Below, piece after piece: positions 43,864 through 51,704 of a DNA stretch of 56,146 nt. Both the position numbers and the translations under genes were made by a program. Position 1 is the first letter of the stretch. The number at the start of each line of letters is the position of its first letter. This stretch comes from a virus. The notes beneath the pieces were generated by a model that was not told the origin of the DNA, made no database searches, and saw only the letters and a list, made by a program, of their open reading frames with translations. The stretch lies in IMG/VR virus record IMGVR_UViG_3300029848_000009. One strand, given 5' to 3'.

Positions 43864-43950
43864 GTTTTAGGGAATGAAAGGGAGGGCGGACTTGCCGCCG
43901 CTCTCAATCAAATAAATTGTAACACATAGTAATTATATAATCAATGCAAG

Positions 43951-44040
43951 CAAAGGGCAGCTTTTCCGGCTGCCTTTTCTTTTTGTCATGTCCAAAATAA
44001 ACAACGCGCCTGGGCATATCTTACAAAATCTCCGAAAAAC
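43951..44040 (+). repeat. Imperfect ~95-bp direct repeat, copy B
   Basis: caaagggcagcttttccggctgccttttctttttgtcatgtccaaaataaacaacgcgcctgggcatatcttacaaaatct. Confidence 0.8.
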
Positions 44041-44145
44041 TGTAAACGAACTATAAAACTTCTCTTAAATTTTTATAAACAAGGCTAGTTGTATTAGGTC
44101 TTTGACAAGTACAAAAATGATAGAATAGTATCAGTTTTTGGTAAA

Positions 44146-44190
44146 AATCGTCTGACAATCGTTTGACATAACACGACACAATCGTCTGAC
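44146..44190 (+). repeat. Three 11-bp direct repeats AATCGT(C/T)TGAC upstream of terS (candidate pac/TerS-binding or operator sites)
   Basis: Copies at 44146-44156, 44157-44167 (tandem) and 44180-44190. Confidence 0.7.
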
Positions 44191-44421
44191 GTCGCTTTTT
44201 CAGAACTATGTTTCTCTTTCTCTCTCTTTTTCTTAATCTTTTAAATTAATAATAATACACTGTATTTAAAGTCTATAGGTTTATAGTAAATGTATATCCG
44301 CATACGCGCGCGGCGTAAGTATATAATGCCACTGTAAAAAATTAAGCCTTGACTTTAAGCCCGAAAATAGTGTATACCAAAAGCAGAGAGAAATAAAACG
44401 GATTGGAGGTGCGAAAAGTAT

Positions 44422-45105
44422 ATGCAGGATGTAAAGAGTGTAGAGAATGTAGATCTTACAACCCTTATAGTGGATCTAGGTACAGTACAGATATATACAT
44501 CAACTGTGCAAGATTTAATAGACAACGCTTGTATAGAATTTCACATCGAAGATTTGTTGAAAGCTGGGCAGAGACAGTGGAAAGCTGTTATGCAGTATGT
44601 TGGTATGCATTTATTCCCGGATACATCGGTACTAAAAGACAAGAGTTTGAAACCTCTTGGTAATGCAACTATACCGACTAACTGCAATAGATATGATAGA
44701 GAGGTATTATATAAGCTTTGTGATTATTATATATATATATCCAATGTGTACAGCAAGTTGGTAAGTACAGTAGCATTTAGTTATTTTTGTAATATACCTA
44801 CTACAACGTTTGACCTATGGAAAGACGAGGAATCAAGTTCGGTGGCTTTTAAGATTTGGCAAAAATTACAGCGATCTCGTAAAGATTGCATCCTCGATCG
44901 TGCGTATGACTCCAACAGCCCTGTAGGCACTATGTTCGTGGGCAACAACGAATTCGGCATGAATCAGCCGGGAATTGGAGATAATGCCACCCAGCGCAAG
45001 GCAATCACAGCACAGGAGCTGCCAAGATTGGACGAGAAAAAGAGCCAAGAATTGCACGCAATTGACACACAATTCACGGATACAGCGGCAAATAATACGG
45101 TTTAA
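44422..45105 (+). CDS. terS: Terminase small subunit candidate
   Basis: VAFSYFCNIPTTTFDLWKDEES...AYDSNSPVGTMFVGNNEFGMNQ resembles the HTH plus oligomerisation core of small terminases. The call is by pattern only. Confidence 0.5.
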   Translation: MQDVKSVENVDLTTLIVDLGTVQIYTSTVQDLIDNACIEFHIEDLLKAGQRQWKAVMQYVGMHLFPDTSVLKDKSLKPLGNATIPTNCNRYDREVLYKLCDYYIYISNVYSKLVSTVAFSYFCNIPTTTFDLWKDEESSSVAFKIWQKLQRSRKDCILDRAYDSNSPVGTMFVGNNEFGMNQPGIGDNATQRKAITAQELPRLDEKKSQELHAIDTQFTDTAANNTV

Positions 45106-45399
45106 ATTGTGCGTGATTATTCTACAATTCACAAACGCAGTAATATCAATGGTTGTAGCGTTTCAACTATTCGTGAACTATTCGGAAAGGTTAGGTTTTG
45201 CGAATAGTTACAAGGGTATGACATGAATTGTATTAAAACAATTTGGTTTTCACACAATGACAACAAAACGAAACGGAAAATATTTTATATTTCCATGTTT
45301 TCAGAAAAAGGATGGGGAGGGGGTCTGACAGAAAGACCACCGGGCGGCTACTAAGTTCCTCAAATACCTCAAAAAATAAAAAGCCGCTTACAACACCCA

Positions 45400-45466
45400 T
45401 TGACTTTCACTGTAAATAGGCTATAATAAATTTATAACAATTCACTTTCACGTTGCGAATCGCAAC
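45400..45466 (+). promoter_or_regulatory. Promoter (TTGACT, 16 nt, TATAAT) followed by a 7-1-7 palindrome GTTGCGAaTCGCAAC
   Basis: TTGACT 45400-45405, TATAAT 45422-45427, palindrome 45452-45466. Confidence 0.6.
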
Positions 45467-45522
45467 TACATTTCCAAAAAATTTTTAAAAACAAAAAGAG
45501 TGTTTCGGACAGGAGAATGATA

Positions 45523-45859
45523 TATGACCGGAAATGAGTATCAGAAATTAGCTATGAGGACTTGCAATATTCCGTATGACCGTAAAAAAAGACATGCTTA
45601 GGCACGCCGTATTTGGGCTGGCATCCGAAGCTGGAGAGGTATCCGGAATTTTGCAGAAAGAGTACCAGGGGCATGAGATCGACGATCAGCACATAAAGAA
45701 AGAGCTTGGGGATTGCCTGTGGATGATTGCAGAAGCATGCAATGCGTTTGGATTTAAAATGGATGATGTTATGCAGACAAAATTGACAAGCTAAAGGCAA
45801 GATTTCCAGATGGTTTTGATGTTGAAAAGGATTTACACCGCAAGGATGGTGATGTGTAA
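45523..45859 (+). pseudogene. MazG-like nucleotide pyrophosphohydrolase disrupted by three single-base indels
   Basis: The pieces are MTGNEY / QKLAMRTCNIPYDRKK / DMLRHAVFGLASEAGEVSGILQKEYQGHEIDDQHIKKELGDCLWMIAEA...VMQT / IDKLKARFPDGFD. Frame changes are at tatt (about 45540), the A7 run (45584-45590) and the A4 run (45779-45782). Confidence 0.7.
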
Positions 45860-46020
45860 TGACAGAGCGTAAAGAATGTTGCGGCACCCGTAAATATGGC
45901 TTATGCGTCAAGACAAACGGTTATGTTTGTTCAAACGGCGAAAGCGATTATGCCGCTGATTTCGTAGAATACAGCCATTCATGCGATTTCTGGGAGCAGA
46001 AGCAGGGAAAACGGAAATGA
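45859..46020 (+). CDS. Small Cys-rich protein (53 aa)
   Basis: MTERKECCGTRKYGLCVKTNGYVCSNGESDYAADFVEYSHSCDFWEQKQGKRK, with TAATG overlap. Confidence 0.4.
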   Translation: MTERKECCGTRKYGLCVKTNGYVCSNGESDYAADFVEYSHSCDFWEQKQGKRK

Positions 46021-46367
46021 ATGAAACATTGATGAAAACCGAGTATTCCACGGCTTTTGATGAAAAGCGCAAAGGTCTGATTGAGCAGTCGTATTACAAA
46101 TACGGACCGGCAAGAATGAACTTTTCCACCGGAAATGTTAATGCGGTTGAAAGTTTGAAAATGTGTCTTGCAAAGTTTGAAGAGACCGGAAACCTTGAAT
46201 ACCTGTGCGATGTTGCAAATTACGCTATGTTCCGGTTTATGTTTCCACAGCAGGGCGAGTATTTCGAACATACGGACTCTGATTCATCTGCCGGGATCTT
46301 CGGTATGAGCGTAAATGAAATGGAACGATTCAAACAGGAACACAGCTTTGAGGATGGGAGATATTGA
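46017..46367 (+). CDS. Hypothetical conserved phage protein
   Basis: ATG 46017 with ATGA overlap, same frame as track ORF 45981-46367. Confidence 0.5.
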   Translation: MNETLMKTEYSTAFDEKRKGLIEQSYYKYGPARMNFSTGNVNAVESLKMCLAKFEETGNLEYLCDVANYAMFRFMFPQQGEYFEHTDSDSSAGIFGMSVNEMERFKQEHSFEDGRY

Positions 46368-46368
46368 T

Positions 46369-46521
46369 ATGATTTTAAATATAATCGCTACGGCGATAGA
46401 TGCCCTTGTAATACTTGGACTTATGGGAGGACAGGTAAAACAAAAAGACAATTCAAACGCAATTGGTTATTTGCTTTCATACGCGATCTTTGCAATGAAT
46501 ATTATGGTCATTTGGAAATGA
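46369..46521 (+). CDS. Small membrane protein (50 aa)
   Basis: MILNIIATAIDALVILGLMGG...IGYLLSYAIFAMNIMVIW has two hydrophobic helices. Confidence 0.45.
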   Translation: MILNIIATAIDALVILGLMGGQVKQKDNSNAIGYLLSYAIFAMNIMVIWK

Positions 46522-46592
46522 TGGGCTATCGCCAAACGGTAAGGCACAGGATTTTGATTCCTGCATTCCGGGTTCGAATCCCGGTAGCCTAA
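46522..46592 (+). tRNA. tRNA-Gln (anticodon UUG)
   Basis: Acceptor TGGGCTA/TAGCCTA. Anticodon stem CAGGA/TCCTG with loop TTTTGAT. T arm CCGGG-TTCGAAT-CCCGG. U1-A72 is typical of bacterial tRNA-Gln. Confidence 0.85.
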
Positions 46593-46819
46593 TCGGTTGC
46601 ATGTTGACGTTTCATGTAGCCACGTATGTTTTCCATACGTACTTGAACCCTTGGTTGAGTGATTCAAGCATTTGGGTTCCTCCTTTCGCCACTAGGACGA
46701 TTCTGTTAAGGACGGTGCGAGACCGTCCGGTGGTATTCTATCATGCGTCTATCCCACGGCGCATGATCGTGTAACGCATAGCACGTAAAACATATTGCTA
46801 ACCGTCTCGTGGCGGTTAT

Positions 46820-46890
46820 GATCGGTTAGTCGAGCGGTAAGACACCACCCTTTCACGGTGGTAACACGAGTTCAAATATCGTACCGATCA
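46820..46890 (+). tRNA. tRNA-Glu (anticodon UUC) with a non-canonical T arm
   Basis: Acceptor GATCGGT/ACCGATC. Anticodon stem CCACC/GGTGG with loop CTTTCAC. T arm ACGAG-TTCAAAT-ATCGT has a G53-A61 mismatch. Confidence 0.6.
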
Positions 46891-46896
46891 TTGTAT

Positions 46897-46968
46897 TGGG
46901 ATTTAATTCAGTGGTAGAAGACACGGCTTATATCCGGGTTGTCGCGGGTTCGATTCCTGCAATCCCAA
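46897..46968 (+). tRNA. tRNA-Ile-like (anticodon UAU)
   Basis: Acceptor TGGGATT/AATCCCA. Anticodon stem CACGG/CCGGG (one A-G mismatch) with loop CTTATAT. T arm GCGGG-TTCGATT-CCTGC. Confidence 0.55.
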
Positions 46969-47108
46969 CGCGTTGTAAAATATTGTTTATGTGACAAGGC
47001 TGACGAGTTTTGGTGTAATGAATGATGTTTTTCTTGTGATGGAAGCGTTGTCGACTTAAAAAGCGTGGAAATAGGACGATGAAAGTTCGTTTACGATATA
47101 TAGAAAAT

Positions 47109-47196
47109 TTTGCAGTGTTCCCATAACGGTATTGGAACGGCTTGCTAAGCCGCCGGGCGTTTGTTCGCCTTGCAGGTTCGAATCCTGTGTACGGCG
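47109..47196 (+). tRNA. tRNA-Ser(GCU)-like pseudo-tRNA (long variable arm, acceptor strands do not pair)
   Basis: Loop TTGCTAA at 47142-47148. Variable arm GGCG/CGCC. T arm GCAGG-TTCGAAT-CCTGT at 47172-47188. The 5' tttgcag and 3' gtacggc strands are not complementary. Confidence 0.3.
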
Positions 47197-47410
47197 TTTG
47201 CTCGAAAAAATCGGGCGTTGATATGTGGCGAAAAAGGTAAACGCTATTGCCGTAAGATAATTCGTTGAAACCGGCAACCTAGATGACGAGAAGTGCACTA
47301 ATCATGCATGGTGCAAATCCATGCCATATCAATTCAATTACATTTATTACACACAAAAGACGCGGAATCTCACGAGGATTCCGATTTTTGCTATGATTGG
47401 GGGCGTAAGA

Positions 47411-47578
47411 ATGTGTGATTTTTGTCGGAATAAAAAGAAAATCATTGATGGTAAAGGAAATTTAGTCCTTTTTGGAGCTGAAAATAACATGATTTTCGAC
47501 AATAGCGATGGAAAAGAGGTTGCAGGAGCCGTAAAAATTAATTTTTGCCCTATCTGTGGCAGAAAGTTGGTGGAATGA
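47411..47578 (+). CDS. Small zinc-ribbon protein
   Basis: ATG 47411. MCDFCRNKK...FCPICGRKL. Confidence 0.5.
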   Translation: MCDFCRNKKKIIDGKGNLVLFGAENNMIFDNSDGKEVAGAVKINFCPICGRKLVE

Positions 47579-47847
47579 TGGCAGAACCTTTAAGTAAATT
47601 AGCAGAAAAATGTAAAAGTTGCCCCAAATCTGAAAAATGTGACCATAAAAGAATGGAGTTATGCGCTTTAGCGGATTTGCCACCACAAAATCTTTCAAGT
47701 GCTACACAAGGCATTTTGATAGACAATATGTCACCTATATTGAGGGAAGAAATAAAAAGCCCTTTAAGCCCATTTCGGTACAAAGACGAATTAGAAAAAG
47801 CACTAAATGATTTGCATTTTGGAAATATGTTTATGAATGGTGCTTAG
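47575..47847 (+). CDS. Hypothetical protein with Cys cluster
   Basis: CKSCPKSEKCDHKRMELC, with ATGA overlap. Confidence 0.5.
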   Translation: MMAEPLSKLAEKCKSCPKSEKCDHKRMELCALADLPPQNLSSATQGILIDNMSPILREEIKSPLSPFRYKDELEKALNDLHFGNMFMNGA

Positions 47848-47862
47848 AAAGGTTGACGTAAT

Positions 47863-48255
47863 ATGTATGAACACTGTGGTAATGAATCGAAACAAATAAT
47901 TGATGACAGAGAGAAGGATTCTATTTTGTATATTTCCGATTCAGAAAAAGACATGAGAATTTTTCTTGAATATCTCAAAAAGAAAATGGATAACAACGGA
48001 AAAGAATGTTTCTTAGATGGAGAACATGATATTTTAAAAACAGAAAATTACAATGTTGTCTGTAAAAGTATTCATGGTACTATACTTGGAGTCGGATATG
48101 GGTATTGTCTACATTACTGTTTTTCGAGAAATTTTGATAAGAGTAAGTGCAACGATATGGAAAAATGCTCGACGGAAGAAATTCTTGCGCACACAAGAGA
48201 GGGTGCAAAAGAAATATCGGAACTTGATATTTTATGCATGCTAGGGTTAGTTTGA
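47863..48255 (+). CDS. Hypothetical protein
   Basis: 130-aa ORF. Confidence 0.5.
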   Translation: MYEHCGNESKQIIDDREKDSILYISDSEKDMRIFLEYLKKKMDNNGKECFLDGEHDILKTENYNVVCKSIHGTILGVGYGYCLHYCFSRNFDKSKCNDMEKCSTEEILAHTREGAKEISELDILCMLGLV

Positions 48256-48266
48256 AAGTTGGTGAA

Positions 48267-48425
48267 ATGATGAAACAGGAAAAAGAAATTTTATGCACAT
48301 GTATTAATCATGAAAATTGTCCATTAGACCCGGTTAGTTGCGGATGTTCAATAGAAATTACGACTTTTGAAGATGCTTGTGTAGGTAAAGGGACATTCAT
48401 TCCGGGAATCAAATGTGATAAGTGA
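48267..48425 (+). CDS. Small Cys-rich protein
   Basis: ATGATG start 48267/48270. CTCINHENCPLDPVSCGC. Confidence 0.45.
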   Translation: MMKQEKEILCTCINHENCPLDPVSCGCSIEITTFEDACVGKGTFIPGIKCDK

Positions 48426-48434
48426 GGGATTTAT

Positions 48435-48602
48435 ATGAAACATCAAAAAGAATGGTGTACTTGTGATCGTTGTGGTACTGAAATTAAAAAAGGAATACTT
48501 TGTGGAAATTCCATTACAAGGAATGGCACTTTAAATACCACATACGACTTGTGCTATAAGTGTATGGAAGATTTTGAGGAGTTTATGAAGAATGAAGAAT
48601 GA
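48435..48602 (+). CDS. Small zinc-ribbon protein (55 aa), paralog of 48592-48840
   Basis: WCTCDRCGTEIK...YDLCYKCMEDFEEFMKNEE versus WRACDRCGKEIK...YDLCPKCRKDFERFMRND. Confidence 0.5.
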   Translation: MKHQKEWCTCDRCGTEIKKGILCGNSITRNGTLNTTYDLCYKCMEDFEEFMKNEE

Positions 48603-48840
48603 AAGACAATGGCGCGCTTGCGACAGGTGCGGAAAAGAAATAAAAGTAAAACCAATAAGTGAATTTGAATTTATGCCGATTGGTGATTATTTTACTCCAA
48701 GTCCCATTTTTGAAGATGGAGACGTAAGGGGAGAAATTAAAGAGATTCATTCAAACAGATTATTTCCGTTTGGCCGTACATATGATTTATGCCCTAAATG
48801 CAGAAAGGATTTTGAGAGGTTTATGAGAAATGACTGTTAA
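48592..48840 (+). CDS. Small zinc-ribbon protein, paralog of 48435-48602
   Basis: Shares CDRCG...C(P/Y)KC...DFE.FM with the upstream ORF. Confidence 0.55.
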   Translation: MKNERQWRACDRCGKEIKVKPISEFEFMPIGDYFTPSPIFEDGDVRGEIKEIHSNRLFPFGRTYDLCPKCRKDFERFMRNDC

Positions 48841-49045
48841 TATGGGAACAAAAACCTATGAAATGAGCCGAAAGCAGGCAAAAGCTATCCTTGGAACGGC
48901 TAAGAAACTTGCAAATTGCAACATATACGGCATTGAAAAAGGCAATGTGGTGATTATGCTGAATGAAAAATATGAGGACAATATGAGCCTTAAGAAAGCC
49001 GTAGAGGAGTATAAAAAGAAAGGGTTCAAGGTGCATTGGAAATGA
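48830..49045 (+). CDS. Hypothetical protein
   Basis: 71-aa ORF overlapping the previous stop. Confidence 0.5.
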   Translation: MTVNMGTKTYEMSRKQAKAILGTAKKLANCNIYGIEKGNVVIMLNEKYEDNMSLKKAVEEYKKKGFKVHWK

Positions 49046-49224
49046 AAATAATCAAAGAAGGCAGCCTTAGGTACGAAAGAAAACCTTTAAAGTTTGAGTG
49101 TAAGAATTGCAAAACCGTTTTTGAAGCGGAAAAGACTGAATATGAATATTGTGGAGATCAAAGGGAAGGCGATAACTACAAGTGTGAATGCCCATTGTGC
49201 CACAAAATGGTATATTACAATTAA
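49042..49224 (+). CDS. Small zinc-ribbon protein
   Basis: ATG 49042 after AAGGTG. CKNCKT...CECPLCHK. Confidence 0.5.
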   Translation: MKIIKEGSLRYERKPLKFECKNCKTVFEAEKTEYEYCGDQREGDNYKCECPLCHKMVYYN

Positions 49225-49229
49225 AAGAC

Positions 49230-49279
49230 AACCGGCTAACAAATGGAGTTAGTCGCTACCCTAAAACAGTTATAGGCAG
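49230..49279 (+). promoter_or_regulatory. Conserved hairpin-plus-tail element, copy B (upstream of terL)
   Basis: aaccggctaacaaatggagttagtcgctaccctaaaacagttataggcag. Stem is 49233-49240 with 49248-49255. Confidence 0.6.
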
Positions 49280-49318
49280 AGGTCAAGGCACTTCTGCTTT
49301 TGCGGAGGTGCTTTTTAT

Positions 49319-51106
49319 TTGGCTTCAAAGCAGTTAATCAATGCAGTAAATGGATATGAAAACTACATACAGAGAAAAGGCGTTGATGAACAGGTAATAG
49401 ATGCCCTTTTGAAAGCGTGCAATGTGGCGATTCGGACGGAAAAAGATGTTGACTACGGATTGACTATAACCGAAAGAACAAAGGCTTTAATCAACGAATA
49501 TACGCAGAAAAACGCGGGTGGTAGCATATGGGAACTTGAACGATATGCGCAGGATCACGACATTAAAGGCGGATACAAACTTGTGGATCAGTTCTATGAA
49601 GTCTTGCGATTAGAGAGCTTTTATCGTTTCGAGAGCTTTATTTACTTTATGGAGCGCAAAAGAAATTGGAGTAAACGGTTTTATTATCCACGCCGCAAGA
49701 CACTGAATATAGTCGCTCAAGATCTTGAAGATTTGGAAAACCGGAAGATTAAATTTTACGGATTGTCAATGCCATCGCGTGTCGGTAAATCGACTATCTG
49801 TATTTTCTTTCTTGCGTGGGTAGCTTTGCGCAGACCAAACAGCCATAGTGCTATGGGCGGTCACTCCGGTATTTTGGCAAAAGGATTTTACAAAGAACTG
49901 ATGAATCTTTTTACCACGGAAGAATATACGTTTGCTGAACTTTTTGCTTATTGGCATCCGGAATACGCAAACGCATCAATTCCGACAGACAAGAGCGCGG
50001 ACGAATTTACGATCACGCTTGGAGATCCGGACAGATTCGCAACCGTAACGTGCCGTGGCATTGATGGAACATGGACAGGAGCAGTCGATGTTTCGAAAGA
50101 TGGATATTTATATGTCGATGACTTGGTTCGTGATCGTGAGCATTCATTAAGCCCTACTCGAATGGAAAACACATACCAAGAGTACCTAAACAAGATGGTT
50201 GACCGTAAAAATGACGGTGCAAGGGAATTGATGGTTGGTACTCTTTGGAATGTTTTAGATCCGTTGGAGCGCATGAGAAAGCAATATGAGCATGATCCAC
50301 AATACCGATTCCGTAAGATTCCGGCACTTAATGAAAATGATGAAAGCAATTTCGCGTATGAAATCAACGGATTTTCCACGGAATACTATCGGGATATGCG
50401 AGATAAGCTTGACAACGCCGAATGGATGGCTAAGTTTATGCAGCAACCATATGTCCGCGAAGGATTGCTTTATACGGATTTGAGACTATTTAACGGAATA
50501 CTTCCGGATGGAGATTTTCGAAGAATCGGAGTTGTGGATGTTGCCTGGGGCGGCGGCGATAGCTTGTCAATGCCGATTGGGGCAGAATATGAAAACGGTG
50601 ATGTTTATATTTACGATTGGGTATTCAATAAGGGGCCGAAAGAGGTAACAATTCCTCTTGTTGTTGGACGAATTATCGGGAATGAGATTCGGCAGACAAG
50701 ATTTGAGGGAAATACAGGAGGAGATCTGTATTGCCAATATGTAGATGAAAAGTTGCAGGAACAGGACTATAAATGCTCATGCACAAGTAGAAAAGCACCA
50801 AACAAGGTTGAAAAGTTATCGAAGATCATAGCGTATTCCGGTGATGTTAAGAGAAAATTCATATTTCTTGATATGCACAGACCGACGCAGGAACAAATGA
50901 AGAAAGATTCAGATCTTGGAGTAACGAGATATTACAGAAATGACGAATATCAAGCGGCTATGGATGAACTCTCTATGTTTGTAAGTATTGGCGGTAATGA
51001 ACATGACGATGCCGCAGACGGTTTAACCCAGCTTGAAATGTTTATAGAGAACCCAAACAATACCGCAAAGGTAGAAGCGGCAGTAAACCCATTTAGGAGG
51101 TATTAG
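49319..51106 (+). CDS. terL: Terminase large subunit
   Basis: TTG start 8 nt after GGAGGTG. Walker A is MPSRVGKST, Walker B is YLYVDDLV. C-terminal nuclease-type acidic motifs are present. Immediately precedes the portal block. Confidence 0.85.
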   Translation: MASKQLINAVNGYENYIQRKGVDEQVIDALLKACNVAIRTEKDVDYGLTITERTKALINEYTQKNAGGSIWELERYAQDHDIKGGYKLVDQFYEVLRLESFYRFESFIYFMERKRNWSKRFYYPRRKTLNIVAQDLEDLENRKIKFYGLSMPSRVGKSTICIFFLAWVALRRPNSHSAMGGHSGILAKGFYKELMNLFTTEEYTFAELFAYWHPEYANASIPTDKSADEFTITLGDPDRFATVTCRGIDGTWTGAVDVSKDGYLYVDDLVRDREHSLSPTRMENTYQEYLNKMVDRKNDGARELMVGTLWNVLDPLERMRKQYEHDPQYRFRKIPALNENDESNFAYEINGFSTEYYRDMRDKLDNAEWMAKFMQQPYVREGLLYTDLRLFNGILPDGDFRRIGVVDVAWGGGDSLSMPIGAEYENGDVYIYDWVFNKGPKEVTIPLVVGRIIGNEIRQTRFEGNTGGDLYCQYVDEKLQEQDYKCSCTSRKAPNKVEKLSKIIAYSGDVKRKFIFLDMHRPTQEQMKKDSDLGVTRYYRNDEYQAAMDELSMFVSIGGNEHDDAADGLTQLEMFIENPNNTAKVEAAVNPFRRY

Positions 51107-51109
51107 GAT

Positions 51110-51544
51110 ATGACAACGGACAAATATCTTTCACAAATAAATAGATGTGATCATGTTATCAAAAACAAAATGTCCGAAATTCAAAAACTTTCCAATATGG
51201 CAACTTCCATTTCCGTATCTCCCAAAGAGGTTGATGTGCAGTCTTCCGGCGATCCGGACAAAATGGGAAGTGCTGTTGCTAAAATTGCAGACCTGCAGAA
51301 CGAGATAAAAGAACTTGTGTGCGAATTTGTGGATAAACGCCGGGTTATTATCGGGCAGATTGACAGTATGGAAAATACAGATGTGTATATTGTCCTGTAT
51401 GCGCACTATGTTGATAATAAGGACTGGAATTTAATTTCTGTAGAAATGGGATATTCCTACAGAAATATCATGAACCTCCGAAAGAAGGCTATTCGGGAGT
51501 TTGAGAAGAAATTCGGCGGGATTTATCTTGAAAAGAGTGCATAA
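51110..51544 (+). CDS. DUF1492-like (sigma-70 region-4-like, RinA/ArpU-type) phage transcriptional regulator
   Basis: YLSQINRCDHVIKNKMSEIQKL...KIADLQNEIKELV...W..ISVEMGYSYRNIMNLRKKAIREFEKK matches the DUF1492 pattern. Confidence 0.65.
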   Translation: MTTDKYLSQINRCDHVIKNKMSEIQKLSNMATSISVSPKEVDVQSSGDPDKMGSAVAKIADLQNEIKELVCEFVDKRRVIIGQIDSMENTDVYIVLYAHYVDNKDWNLISVEMGYSYRNIMNLRKKAIREFEKKFGGIYLEKSA

Positions 51545-51704
51545 AAGTACACAATAGTTCACACTCTTTCACAACATTTCCTAAAACTTGCATGGTATAC
51601 TAAAAGAGTAGAAAAAACAAAATCCTACAACCCCAAAAGCATATAACCCGTAAAAAGCACTGTCAGAAATGGCGGTGTTTTTTATTTACAAGAAAGAGGT
51701 TGCT

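Noticed and set aside
46467-47298. Minus-strand track ORFs 46467-46667 and 47056-47298
   Set aside because: They overlap the tRNA genes and structured spacers and lack RBSs. The region is better explained as an RNA-gene cluster.
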